Shown here: positions 35,376 through 44,991 of the stretch, one piece after another | Numbering within the stretch: position 1 is the stretch's first letter | Layout of the letters: each line of letters opens with the position of its first letter | Assembly (NCBI GenBank): GCA_013214705.1 | Contig: JABSRZ010000003.1 | Span: forward strand, 320,437-384,436 | Origin: Hyphomicrobiales bacterium | GTDB taxonomy: Bacteria > Pseudomonadota > Alphaproteobacteria > Rhizobiales > OSC116 | Direction: 5' to 3' | DNA: 64,000 bases | Program-made: the position numbers and the translations under genes | Notes under the pieces: model-generated | What the model saw: only the letters and a program-made list of their open reading frames with translations | Database searches by the model: none | What the model was told of the DNA's origin: nothing

Positions 35376-35647
35376 GTGAATTAGTTGTTGATCTAGACCA
35401 CCCTATTGAGGGGCCAAAAGGCAAAATAGATAAGGTTGTGTTTACAGCACAACCTACTGCCAAACATTTAATTGAGCATGGCCCATTTTTAACGCCTGGC
35501 CTACAACTAAATTTTGGAGTTTTAGCCATTTATATAGATGATCTCACTGATTTAAGTATTGGTGAAATTGAACGTCTTCACCAGGTGGATTTTGGCAAAA
35601 TAGGCCAAAAATTAGCCGATTGGGTATTTACCGACGAAAAAAAATAA
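35372..35647 (+). CDS. Tail assembly chaperone (P2 gpE-like), zero-frame product
   Basis: 91 aa, between the tube and tape measure genes. Ends in an A8 run. Confidence 0.65.
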   Translation: MSELVVDLDHPIEGPKGKIDKVVFTAQPTAKHLIEHGPFLTPGLQLNFGVLAIYIDDLTDLSIGEIERLHQVDFGKIGQKLADWVFTDEKK

Positions 35648-35769
35648 TGTGGTGTGCTGACATTCTTATTTTTGAATGCGGCATGCCTATTACAGATGTT
35701 GAAAACCTGCCTATAGATAAATTAATTTATTGGACATTTAGACTGATAAAACACAGAGAAAAAACTTAG
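35372..35769 (+). CDS. Tail assembly chaperone, predicted -1 frameshift product (P2 E+E'-like)
   Basis: Slippery GAAAAAAAA (A-run 35637-35644). The -1 frame continues K-I-M-WCADILIFECGMPITDVENLPIDKLIYWTFRLIKHREKT to a TAG at 35767-35769. This resembles the P2 GpE-family segment (..ADIA.IFHW.P.......L..L..W...). Confidence 0.55.
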
Positions 35770-35773
35770 ACTT

Positions 35774-38302
35774 ATGGCCATTGCTAACAACCTAACCGCG
35801 CATATTTATATTCGGGGGCACGATAAAGCTTCGGCTGTTTTTGGCAGAGTTAGCAATAAAATTAATGGCATTACTGGTAAAATTAACGGCGCCGCAAATA
35901 AAATCAAAGGTTTTGGCCGAACAGTTAGCGCGGGCATGACAATGCCCATGTTGCTGGCGGCAGGTGCTTCTATGCGTGGCGCATATACTTTTGCAGAAGC
36001 GATGAACCAAGTTGCAGCAACTGCCCAACTGTCAGAACAGAAAATGACACCATATAACGATGCCATTAGAGAATTTGGCCGTACAACTCAATTTACTGCG
36101 GTTGATGCCGCAAATGGTTTTAATTATCTTTTACAAGCTGGCCTTGATCTCGATGAAGCGATGGCTATTTTGCCAACCACCTTGGAACTTGCTGCAGCCA
36201 GTAATATGAGTTTGGCGAAAGCAGCTGATGTCAGCACAAATGCCTTTGCGGGTTTTGCTATGGCAAGTGGTGATGTGACGGAGCTGAAAAAAAACATGGT
36301 TCATTTGAATGATGTTGTTGCATATACCGCCACCAAGGCGAATACGAATGTACCTCAATTGTTTATGGCTATGAAAGAGGCTGCTCCTATTTCTGCAGCT
36401 TTAGGAATTAGTTTAGAAAAAACCGCAGCAATTTTAGGTGACTTTGGTAATAAGGGTTTTCAAGGCTCGGCGGCAGGTCGGTCGTTTAGAACTGGTTTAT
36501 TGCGCTTAATAGCCCCAACCAAAAAAGCTAGAGCTGCATTTGCTGGTTTAGGTATTGAATATAGTAAGTTTTTTAGCGAAAAAAATACATTATCGGGTGA
36601 TAAATTATCGAGAGCACTTAATAGCCAAGGCATGAATGTCAAAGCTGGCTTATTGCAAGATATTTTAGAAAATTCCGAAAGCGAAGATTTGTTAGGCGAG
36701 TTGGTGGATAAAGTTGTTGGCCAAATTGGAGACACATCAGCCGAAGCAAGAATTAAAATAAGCCAAACAATTGCCGATTCATTAGCTGCTAATATGGGCG
36801 GCTTGGATGTTTACGGCTTATTTGCAGAATTAAAAGCAAATGATGCCGGTGCCGCGCATTTAGAAGCTATCTTTGGAAAAATGCAGGTTGCTAAATTCAT
36901 GGCCATAATGAATGGAGAGTTGGGCAAAGGATATATTGCGCTTGAAAAAGAATTAATAGCCAATGCAGATGGGGCGGCTAAAGAGATGTCAGAAACCAGA
37001 ATGCGCGGGATGGTGGGCGGTTTGAAACGTTTTCAATCTGCGGTCGAGGGTGTTAATTTATCTATATGGGATAGCAGTTTGGCCGATGAAATGGCAGCAG
37101 GTTTAAACTCTATTACAGGAGCAATAAGAAACTTAGATGATGATGATGTTAAACTACTTGTAAGTGCAGGCAAAGCAATCGGTGGAGTCGTTCTGGCTGG
37201 TGCCGCTATTACAGGCATTGCAAATGTTGGTGGCGCTTTAGCGACATTAGGAGGCGCTCTATCAAAAGCAGCAATTGGCGCACTTGCTTTTTCACCCTAT
37301 GTTGTTGCGGGCGGTGCTTTCTTGTTAGGTTTGGGTTATTTAGCCGATGCCTACCAAAAAGAAGGCTTAGCAAGTAAGTTTGCCGCTCGTTCTGAACAAG
37401 ATCATGCGGACCAACTTGAACGAGTTGACAAGGTGTTGGGTCGAACCACTAAAAACTCAACCCAACATGCGGCTAACTTGGACGCTATTACACGCCATGG
37501 ATTACGCATCGAGATTGACAAAACTAATAAACAGTTGGTTGATCAAAGGGCTGAAATTTCGGGCAATTTAATGACAAGTGGTTATGGGTCATCTAACCTA
37601 GTTGCTGCATTGCCAGACGACATAAAAGAAAATATTGATAGCCTAAACCAGAAATGGAAAGATGGCACAATCGGCCTCAAAGATTTTAATGCGGCAATTT
37701 TAGATGTTGCTTCAACATCAATTGAAGCTGAAATAGCACTAGACACCGTTATCAAAAATGTTCGAGGCTACGGCGCAGAAGTGGCCGCGCAGCGCGCTAG
37801 GGAATTGCAACTGAACCCACAGGGTTATAATAGTGACCAAATCAGCGCGGCTGTTGATGCGGCACTAACAGTTGTCAGTTTAAAAAACAATACTGAATAC
37901 CAACATTTATTATCTATTCAAACAGATACCGCAGAGGCGGTGGCTAAAGTTATGGCCATGCCAATTGCAAAGGGAAAATCTCATTTCTTTAGTTTGGCGG
38001 CGCCTCAAAGTGGATTTGGGATGTTGTCTAGTGAACAAGAACGTGACGACAAAATAGCTTCAATTAATCAAAATAGCGCCGATACGTTGGGGCGAATTGC
38101 TGAAATCGAAGCCGCTTACAAACAACAAACCGATGCCGTGATGCAATTGGCCAAACAGCCCGTTAAATTGGAGGGCCAGGCGGATGTGAACATTAATGTG
38201 AGCGTTGAAGGCGGTAGTTATCAATCAAGCGTTGTTGAAAACAGCGGCCATGTCAATGCCAGGGTAAATACTGGAACAAGTTCAGCTTGGGCGAGGCCAT
38301 AA
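35774..38302 (+). CDS. Tail tape measure protein
   Basis: 842 aa, Ala/Gly-rich with hydrophobic central segments, downstream of the chaperone pair. Confidence 0.85.
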   Translation: MAIANNLTAHIYIRGHDKASAVFGRVSNKINGITGKINGAANKIKGFGRTVSAGMTMPMLLAAGASMRGAYTFAEAMNQVAATAQLSEQKMTPYNDAIREFGRTTQFTAVDAANGFNYLLQAGLDLDEAMAILPTTLELAAASNMSLAKAADVSTNAFAGFAMASGDVTELKKNMVHLNDVVAYTATKANTNVPQLFMAMKEAAPISAALGISLEKTAAILGDFGNKGFQGSAAGRSFRTGLLRLIAPTKKARAAFAGLGIEYSKFFSEKNTLSGDKLSRALNSQGMNVKAGLLQDILENSESEDLLGELVDKVVGQIGDTSAEARIKISQTIADSLAANMGGLDVYGLFAELKANDAGAAHLEAIFGKMQVAKFMAIMNGELGKGYIALEKELIANADGAAKEMSETRMRGMVGGLKRFQSAVEGVNLSIWDSSLADEMAAGLNSITGAIRNLDDDDVKLLVSAGKAIGGVVLAGAAITGIANVGGALATLGGALSKAAIGALAFSPYVVAGGAFLLGLGYLADAYQKEGLASKFAARSEQDHADQLERVDKVLGRTTKNSTQHAANLDAITRHGLRIEIDKTNKQLVDQRAEISGNLMTSGYGSSNLVAALPDDIKENIDSLNQKWKDGTIGLKDFNAAILDVASTSIEAEIALDTVIKNVRGYGAEVAAQRARELQLNPQGYNSDQISAAVDAALTVVSLKNNTEYQHLLSIQTDTAEAVAKVMAMPIAKGKSHFFSLAAPQSGFGMLSSEQERDDKIASINQNSADTLGRIAEIEAAYKQQTDAVMQLAKQPVKLEGQADVNINVSVEGGSYQSSVVENSGHVNARVNTGTSSAWARP

Positions 38303-38303
38303 T

Positions 38304-38780
38304 ATGTTTGATTATTTTAAATTAAAAAGACCCGCCAGCCTAAACGGCTCGACTTTCTTATTTGAAAACCAAAAACAGGGTGATGGTGGCCGGCGTATAG
38401 TAAGACACCAATTTCCCAACGGTTCAAATCACATTGATGAGGACTTAGGGCCAAACGCTGGAACATTTAGTGTAAATGGTTATTTGATAGGGCCAAACGC
38501 GATGGCGGAAGCAGTGGCGCTAAAGAGCATATGTGACGGCGGAGGTGTGCATCGCCTTGTTTTGCCAGACAATCCATTGAATATGGTCAGATGTAATGGT
38601 GTGAGTATCAGCACATCAAAAGATATTGCCAATTTGGTAAAAATTGATTTTCAATTCTTAGCTCAAAAAAGCGGTGGTTTGGTAAATATATCAACCATGC
38701 TTGGTAGGGTTTTAGAAATTGGCCTCGCCAATGCCAGCGCGGCAATGGGGCGTATGATGGGCGGTGGGTTGAATGGCTAA
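38304..38780 (+). CDS. DNA circulation protein N-terminal-domain protein (Mu gp43/N-like)
   Basis: PASLNGSTFLFENQKQGDGGRRIVRHQFPNGSNHIDEDLGPNAGTFSVNGYLIG matches the DNA_circ_N pattern (fP.rd....eDlG). Confidence 0.65.
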   Translation: MFDYFKLKRPASLNGSTFLFENQKQGDGGRRIVRHQFPNGSNHIDEDLGPNAGTFSVNGYLIGPNAMAEAVALKSICDGGGVHRLVLPDNPLNMVRCNGVSISTSKDIANLVKIDFQFLAQKSGGLVNISTMLGRVLEIGLANASAAMGRMMGGGLNG

Positions 38781-39498
38781 AACACCAAAATATATCAAAG
38801 CGGCGGCGGTTAAACAGATTTTGGAAGTCGTAGAATTGATGCGCCCATTGTTGGCACAGAGCCTAAGTCAAAAGGTTACAGATGACATTTCAACTCGGTT
38901 AGACGATTTATTTGCGATCACAATGACCGATATAAGCGACCAAAAATCATTGACGCCGGCTATTAATATTGGAGAAACAATAAGCAAAATTATTGTTGAT
39001 TTCGCGTTGGAGTGCCAACCAGATATTGCTTGGAATATATTAAAAGAAATTTCGCAATATAGCCCGGTGGTCGAAACTAGCATTCGCCCCAACGGACTCA
39101 AGTTAAAGCAAAATCAATTGTTGATTGCCCAATCATTAAGATGCAGCACTCTCATTGGGATGGCATATATTGCAACCCAAATTGAGTATGAACTGCGCAG
39201 CCATGCCATACAGGCGCGCGCGGATATATCTGAACTTATTGCATTTGAAATGTTGGATTTACAAAATGTCGAAATGATTGCAATTTTGATTGAATATAAG
39301 AACCTATCAACTCGACATTTATCAAACCTAATTAAAACTCTTTCGACCGTCATATCTGCGGAAACGGAAAAACCAACGCCAAGCCTTGTCCTGGCACATA
39401 ATGTTTATGGCGATGCAAGCGGGGCTGTTGATTTAATAAAACTAAACACCCCGCGAAATTCGATGTTTATGCCGATTAAATTTGAGGCACAAGTTTAA
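38773..39498 (+). CDS. Hypothetical baseplate-region protein (possibly the separated C-terminal part of a gp43-like protein)
   Basis: Overlaps the previous gene by 8 nt. Assigned by position only. Confidence 0.4.
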   Translation: MAKTPKYIKAAAVKQILEVVELMRPLLAQSLSQKVTDDISTRLDDLFAITMTDISDQKSLTPAINIGETISKIIVDFALECQPDIAWNILKEISQYSPVVETSIRPNGLKLKQNQLLIAQSLRCSTLIGMAYIATQIEYELRSHAIQARADISELIAFEMLDLQNVEMIAILIEYKNLSTRHLSNLIKTLSTVISAETEKPTPSLVLAHNVYGDASGAVDLIKLNTPRNSMFMPIKFEAQV

Positions 39499-39499
39499 T

Positions 39500-40510
39500 A
39501 TGAGCAATGTTTCAATTATAGTTGGCGGCCAAATTTATAGTGGCTGGTTAAGTTTTACGGTGACCGCATCTGTCAAAAATGCATGCAGAACTTTTAGGTT
39601 AAACCTTGCCGAATTGCCGGGCGGACTTTGGGCATTGCTGGCAGGTAACCCGTGCCAAGTTGTTAGTGACTATGGGCTATTGGTCGATGGATATATTGAT
39701 GATTTTGCCCCCAGTTTTGATGGGTCAAGTCACTCTGTTGGTGTTTCGGGGCGTTCCAAATCGTGCGATTTTGTAGATTGCGCGGCGATATATGAACAGG
39801 GCGGGTTTAAAGATAAAACCATTTTAGAAATTGGGCAATTGCTAGGCGAACCTTTTGGCTTGCAAATTATTTCGGACGAAAAAGATTTAACACCCATTCC
39901 TAAGTTTCAAATTAGCCAAGGCGAAACCGCTTTTGCAGCATTAGAAAAACTAGCAAAACAACAAGGGTTGCTATTAATTGGCACCGCAGACGGTGGCATA
40001 GACATTACCAAGGCAAAAGATAAGCGCCAAGCCGGCGAACTGGTGGAAGGGATAAATATACTTTCTGCAAATTGCACATTTAGCCATGCCAAGCGATTTA
40101 GCGAATATATCATCAAGGGCCAAAGTAAGGCCGATTCCAAACTAAAATACGTGGCAGAAGATGCAGCCATAACCCGCTACCGGCCCACAATAATTATTGC
40201 TGAAACTGATATGGATGCTGAAAGATGCAAAGCCCGCGCAGAATGGGCAATGAATCGGGCGGCAGGTGAAGGCACAAGCGCCGCAATAACCGTGAGGGGT
40301 ATGGCCGATACCGCTGGTGATTTATATGAACCTAACAATTTGATATTTGTAAATTGCCCCACCATGAAGATTCAACAAGATATGTTGATTGAAGAGGTTA
40401 GCTGGACCAAAGGACAACAAGGCACAGTGACAAATTTGGCTTTGGTTGACCCAAGAGCCTATGGCGGCGAGGCGCAAAAGACCTCTAAAAGTAGCGGTGG
40501 TTTTGCATGA
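39500..40510 (+). CDS. Baseplate hub protein (Mu gp44/P, late control D-like)
   Basis: ATG at 39500. About 336 aa, in the Mu order between gp43-like and gp45-like genes. Confidence 0.6.
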   Translation: MSNVSIIVGGQIYSGWLSFTVTASVKNACRTFRLNLAELPGGLWALLAGNPCQVVSDYGLLVDGYIDDFAPSFDGSSHSVGVSGRSKSCDFVDCAAIYEQGGFKDKTILEIGQLLGEPFGLQIISDEKDLTPIPKFQISQGETAFAALEKLAKQQGLLLIGTADGGIDITKAKDKRQAGELVEGINILSANCTFSHAKRFSEYIIKGQSKADSKLKYVAEDAAITRYRPTIIIAETDMDAERCKARAEWAMNRAAGEGTSAAITVRGMADTAGDLYEPNNLIFVNCPTMKIQQDMLIEEVSWTKGQQGTVTNLALVDPRAYGGEAQKTSKSSGGFA

Positions 40511-40857
40511 CACTGATTAGAGAAATCACCATAAGCAAATTCGAAAATGGCAAATTAGATGTCGAAGGTTTTGAAGGTGAAACCTTTGAAGATGTCGAAT
40601 GGCAATTGGGCGCAGGCAATAACTTCGAACCCAAAATTGGCTCGAAGGGGTTGGCAATATTAGTTGGTGGCAGCGCGGAACGGCTACGGGTTATTTCGAT
40701 CGATGACCATGCCGATGGCTCACCCATTGCGTTTCTGGATAGCAGAGGCCAAAAAATAGAGCTTGGCAGCGCTAGCATTAAAATAGTCTCGCCGTTGAAA
40801 ATAGAAATCAACGCACCGGAAGTTTTTATCAATGGCATTTTACAAGCGGGTGATTAA
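40507..40857 (+). CDS. Baseplate assembly protein V / spike (Mu gp45-like)
   Basis: 116 aa. The ending ...IKIVSPLKIEINAPEVFINGILQAGD is typical of gpV/gp45 C-termini. Confidence 0.55.
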   Translation: MTLIREITISKFENGKLDVEGFEGETFEDVEWQLGAGNNFEPKIGSKGLAILVGGSAERLRVISIDDHADGSPIAFLDSRGQKIELGSASIKIVSPLKIEINAPEVFINGILQAGD

Positions 40858-41363
40858 TGGAAATTCGGATCAGGCATAATGAAGGTTTGGCCGACCAGCC
40901 TAACTTGCTAATCGACACCGTGTGGGACGTTAAAAAAAAATGCGGTATTTGGATTATCGACAACCAAATGCTGAAACATGACAGCGCGTTATATACCTGC
41001 ATTATTCTATGCCTATTTACCGACAAAAAACTTGGCGAAGGTATGACCGCCCCAGATGGAACCAAAGACCAGCGAGGCTGGTTTGGCGATAGCTTATTGT
41101 TGGATGGTGAATTTGAAATTGGCTCCTATCTTTGGACGCTCGACCGCGAATATTTGACAGATGGAATTGAGCAGACAGCTAGCGATTTTGCCGTTGAGGC
41201 GCTGCAACCGCTTGTAGATCAAAAAGTAATTAGCCAGCTGAACGTGCAAAGTAAAATTGATCGGTCTGCAAGTCAGTTAGAAATTAGCCTCGATTGTTTT
41301 AGCCACAAAGACCAAAAAGCAATAAATCAAAAATTCAATTTGTGGTGGGAGCAAACCCGATGA
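40857..41363 (+). CDS. GP46-family baseplate protein
   Basis: QRGWFGDS matches the GP46 RGWWGD signature. Its position follows the gp45-like gene. Confidence 0.65.
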   Translation: MEIRIRHNEGLADQPNLLIDTVWDVKKKCGIWIIDNQMLKHDSALYTCIILCLFTDKKLGEGMTAPDGTKDQRGWFGDSLLLDGEFEIGSYLWTLDREYLTDGIEQTASDFAVEALQPLVDQKVISQLNVQSKIDRSASQLEISLDCFSHKDQKAINQKFNLWWEQTR

Positions 41364-42160
41364 GCTATAATTTACCTGATTTGCGCAAATTGATGCAACG
41401 CATAAAAGACAATTTTAGAGCCGAAATGCCTGGCACAGATGTTGACGCATATCCAAATAATATAGCGGTGATTGCAAAGGTTATTGGCGGCGCAGTTTGG
41501 GAACTATATTCATATTTGAACGACTTGAAAGCACAGTTATTTGTGTCCACAGCCACATGGGCACTAGATTTACATGGGCAAGAGCGGCCAATTGAAGCGC
41601 GCAAAGATGGCGAACCCGATGAACAATTTAGATTTAGAATTCAGCAATCTGACAAAAATACACCCGAAGGCGGCAATGAAGCCGATTATGTAAAATGGGC
41701 GTTAAACTATGCCGGCGTAACCAGAGCCTATGTGCAACGCAATGGCTATGGCCTGGGCAGTGTGATTGTTTGGCCAATATTGGATGACAACGGCAATAAT
41801 GGCATCCCTTCACCCGCAGATTGTTTGGCCATTAAAACCCATATAGAAATAGATGCCCCGTTGTTGGGCGCGGTTTATGTTGAAGCCGCCACACCGCAAA
41901 TAATTAATTTTAGAATAACCGATTTGTCGCCAAATACGGTGGCAGCTCAAACCGAAATAACCCAAGAATTAGAGGCTTATTTTAAAACCATTAGCCATGT
42001 GACAACCACCGAAGACGTATTGGAAATCTATCAATCGAATTTCGATGAGATAATCAGCGCGGCAACATTGGAAATTCACCATACATTGCTTGAGCCTTTG
42101 GGCACCACTATTTTCCCGGCGGCCACAATACCAGTTTTGGGGAGTGTTACTTTTGAGTGA
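41360..42160 (+). CDS. Baseplate J-like protein (Mu gp47-like)
   Basis: ATG at 41360 overlaps the upstream stop (ATGA). Order gp46-gp47-gp48. Confidence 0.6.
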   Translation: MSYNLPDLRKLMQRIKDNFRAEMPGTDVDAYPNNIAVIAKVIGGAVWELYSYLNDLKAQLFVSTATWALDLHGQERPIEARKDGEPDEQFRFRIQQSDKNTPEGGNEADYVKWALNYAGVTRAYVQRNGYGLGSVIVWPILDDNGNNGIPSPADCLAIKTHIEIDAPLLGAVYVEAATPQIINFRITDLSPNTVAAQTEITQELEAYFKTISHVTTTEDVLEIYQSNFDEIISAATLEIHHTLLEPLGTTIFPAATIPVLGSVTFE

Positions 42161-42722
42161 TTATACCGAAGCCATTAAACGATTATTTCCACGCGGTTTG
42201 GCGTGGGATAACAACCCGATAAAAGATGCATTAGCCGCCGCATTTGCAAAAACCCTCAAAGCCTTAGACCTAGACGCTAAGGCTTTATTTTTGGAAAAAT
42301 TTGCAACCAAACAAAAGCAAAGCTTGGGTGAGTGGGAAAACCAGTTGGCGTTGCCAGACAGGTTCAGTATTGAAGATGACACATTATCCAATAGAGGTTT
42401 TGCGGTGGTTGCCAAAAACCATAGCAAGGGCGGTCAATCGAAAATCAGTTTTCACGATTTGGCCAAAGCTTATGGTTTTAAAATTCAGATAATCACTTTT
42501 CCGGCACTTATTTGCGGCGTGGCTGTGGTTGGCGAAACCGTCGGCGCTGCCCCATTGGAGGCCACTATCAAGATTTTAGATTATGCAGATGAAGCCATTC
42601 ATGTTGGCGAATATATTGTTGGTTCTAACCTGCCAACAGATGAGAAATTGACCAATTTTATAGGTGCTTGTAACCGAAAAATTGCGGCTTACGGAAAATT
42701 ACATTTTGTTACGGAGGTTTAA
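42153..42722 (+). CDS. DUF2313 (Mu gp48/YmfQ-like) tail protein
   Basis: SDYTEAIKRLFPRGLAWDNNPIKDALAAAF matches the DUF2313 N-terminal pattern. The start is uncertain: TTG at 42153 or ATG at 42090. Confidence 0.6.
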   Translation: MSDYTEAIKRLFPRGLAWDNNPIKDALAAAFAKTLKALDLDAKALFLEKFATKQKQSLGEWENQLALPDRFSIEDDTLSNRGFAVVAKNHSKGGQSKISFHDLAKAYGFKIQIITFPALICGVAVVGETVGAAPLEATIKILDYADEAIHVGEYIVGSNLPTDEKLTNFIGACNRKIAAYGKLHFVTEV

Positions 42723-43901
42723 ATGACAATATTACCCAACGGCGATGACACCATTGCCGCTATGCCGGCGATTACCGACCAAGGCGCCAATGATAAAGCT
42801 TGGTTTGCCGACCCCGACCCTGCCCAAGGCATTGCCGGCACTAAGCTAAACGCAGCTTATATGAATAAACAATTGCTGTTATTGCGCACTTTATTTACGG
42901 CCGCAGGCGTTGTTGATACAACCGCCAAAGCCTCAACATTGTTGGACGCTATTAGAGCCATCGCTGCTGAAATTGTGGAGTTTACCGGCGACCAGCCCAT
43001 GGGCGGATACAAGTTAACCGGTTTGGGCGTTGGCAGCGCCGCTGGCCACAGTATAAATTGGGAGCAATTACAGGCGGTCATAACCTCGATTGGCGAAATT
43101 CCCACGAGCGCCAATGATTTTACCAACCTGCTGAAAGCTAAACTGGATGCGATTGAAGCCGATGCAGATGTAAACCCGGCAATTAGCGACAGTGTCATCA
43201 CTATAGATTCTGCTATTGTGGCCTCACTAACCGCTGTTAAGGTAGCTTTTGACAAAGGTGCGGAGGCGCTAACAAAAGCCAATACCAAATCTGATGCCGG
43301 TCACACCCATGCAAGTGAAACCGACAATAATTACACGACCATAGAAAAGAACAAATTAGCTAACATCGATGCCAATGCAGATGTAAACCGTACAATTAGC
43401 GACAGTGTCATCACGATAGACGCAAATAAAGTGGCATCACTAACCGCTGTTAAGGTAGCTTTTGACAAAGGTGCGGAGGCGCTAACAAAAGCCAATACCA
43501 AATCTGATGCCGGTCACACCCATGCAAGTGAAACCGACAATAATTACACGACCATAGAAAAGAACAAATTATCTGGCATTGCCACCGGCGCCGAGGCTAA
43601 CCGATCGATTAGTGACAGTGTGACTTCAGCAAGCACAACGACCAACGCATCATCAAAAGCTGTAAAAACAGCCTACGACAAAGGCAATTCAGCATTAACG
43701 GCGGCAAACGGAGCCGTGCAAAGTGTTCGCTTAGGAACGGCCACAGAATACACTGTTCCTAGTGGCTACGAATGGATGGGTGCGCCATCTGGCTCGGTTA
43801 TGGTCGATAGATATGGCGTTAACGCTAACACCCATTCAAAATTCAAAACAAAATTACTTCAATATCAGCTAAATGGTAGCTGGTACACAGTGTCGGGATA
43901 A
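42723..43901 (+). CDS. Tail fibre protein with phage tail-fibre repeats
   Basis: Repeated ISDSV.T....VASLTAVKVAFDKGAEAL / SSKAVKTAYDKGNSAL motifs. Follows the baseplate genes. Confidence 0.8.
   Translation: MTILPNGDDTIAAMPAITDQGANDKAWFADPDPAQGIAGTKLNAAYMNKQLLLLRTLFTAAGVVDTTAKASTLLDAIRAIAAEIVEFTGDQPMGGYKLTGLGVGSAAGHSINWEQLQAVITSIGEIPTSANDFTNLLKAKLDAIEADADVNPAISDSVITIDSAIVASLTAVKVAFDKGAEALTKANTKSDAGHTHASETDNNYTTIEKNKLANIDANADVNRTISDSVITIDANKVASLTAVKVAFDKGAEALTKANTKSDAGHTHASETDNNYTTIEKNKLSGIATGAEANRSISDSVTSASTTTNASSKAVKTAYDKGNSALTAANGAVQSVRLGTATEYTVPSGYEWMGAPSGSVMVDRYGVNANTHSKFKTKLLQYQLNGSWYTVSG
43164..43571 (+). repeat. Tandem in-frame 213-bp (71-codon) duplication inside the tail fibre gene
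   Basis: Copy 1 begins at 43164 and copy 2 at 43377. 43224-43358 is identical to 43437-43571 (135 bp by hand count). A third, degenerate copy follows. Confidence 0.85.
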
Positions 43902-43905
43902 AAAT

Positions 43906-44631
43906 ATGACATATTATACCCTAGGAAAATTCACGCCCTATTCTCCAACCGGGGACAACCCTAACAACATCTTATTCTTAAAAAATAAAGATGGAAAAGA
44001 TTTCTACGAGTTGCAAAAAACCAACCTTTTAGGTGATGCATTTTTTGTGGTAGATAGCTCTAACAAAGTCGTCGCTGCAGATGTTGACTTCTCGAAGTTA
44101 TTCCCTGAAAATCTTACTGTAATAGCTGGAGAAGGCGAGGTTGACGCATTAAATGATTATCAGAGCGGCCTTGATAGTGAATTAAACTATTACATGTGGA
44201 ATGGCACGGCTATTATAAGAAACATACCGTCAAATTCGGAGTGGTTGGAACATTATTTATTAAAAATTGATGAGATTCATGCAGGCATTTTGCGGGTTTC
44301 CGTAGATACTGCTACTAGCGAAGAACAGAACACTTGGCCGTCAAAAGTTGAGGCTGCTAACGCTTCTTTGAATGGTATTGCAACGGCTCAACAGGAAACT
44401 TTGTTGACCGATGAAGCTTCCGCGTTCACACCAGTTAGAACCGTGGTGGAATTGGCCAACATTATTATAGAAAAGTCTAATGCCTATCTAAATTGCATTG
44501 GCAAAGCGGCCGCCTTTAAACAACAGGCGCAAAGGGTGCTTTCACAATCTGAAAATCAAAATGAGGCCAAGGGCCTAATAGAAACCCTGCAAACTAATGC
44601 TGATACGTTGGCAGCATCACTAGCGGTTTAA
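43906..44631 (+). CDS. Putative tail fibre assembly / distal fibre protein
   Basis: ATG at 43906, 5 nt after the fibre stop. Assigned by position only. Confidence 0.4.
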   Translation: MTYYTLGKFTPYSPTGDNPNNILFLKNKDGKDFYELQKTNLLGDAFFVVDSSNKVVAADVDFSKLFPENLTVIAGEGEVDALNDYQSGLDSELNYYMWNGTAIIRNIPSNSEWLEHYLLKIDEIHAGILRVSVDTATSEEQNTWPSKVEAANASLNGIATAQQETLLTDEASAFTPVRTVVELANIIIEKSNAYLNCIGKAAAFKQQAQRVLSQSENQNEAKGLIETLQTNADTLAASLAV

Positions 44632-44672
44632 GCAATTAACAAATTATTGATTTTATTCAAATCGGGGCCAAG

Positions 44673-44870
44673 ATGTCTATGCAAGATAAATTTGAAATAA
44701 GCACAATTGTAGGTGGAATAATGACATATTTTGGCTCATTAGCCTTTGATGTTCACTCAATTGTGACGGTGGGTATTGGTATAGCTACTATATTATATAC
44801 CCTGGTGAAAACTTTGAATATTTGGGTAGATATTAAAATTAAAAAAAGTAAGTTAAAAAATAAAAAGTAA
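44673..44870 (+). CDS. Holin candidate
   Basis: 65 aa with two TM segments (IVGGIMTYFGSLAF; IVTVGIGIATILYTLV) and a Lys-rich C-terminus. Lies upstream of the endolysin. Confidence 0.5.
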   Translation: MSMQDKFEISTIVGGIMTYFGSLAFDVHSIVTVGIGIATILYTLVKTLNIWVDIKIKKSKLKNKK

Positions 44871-44991
44871 ATTAAAACGCCCTCACGAAATAAACATATT
44901 CTTAAGTTTAAATTACAGAAATAGAATTTGGTTTTGACATAAACAGTTATATATCCAATATTTATCAGATACTTATAGAATATTTAATTTA

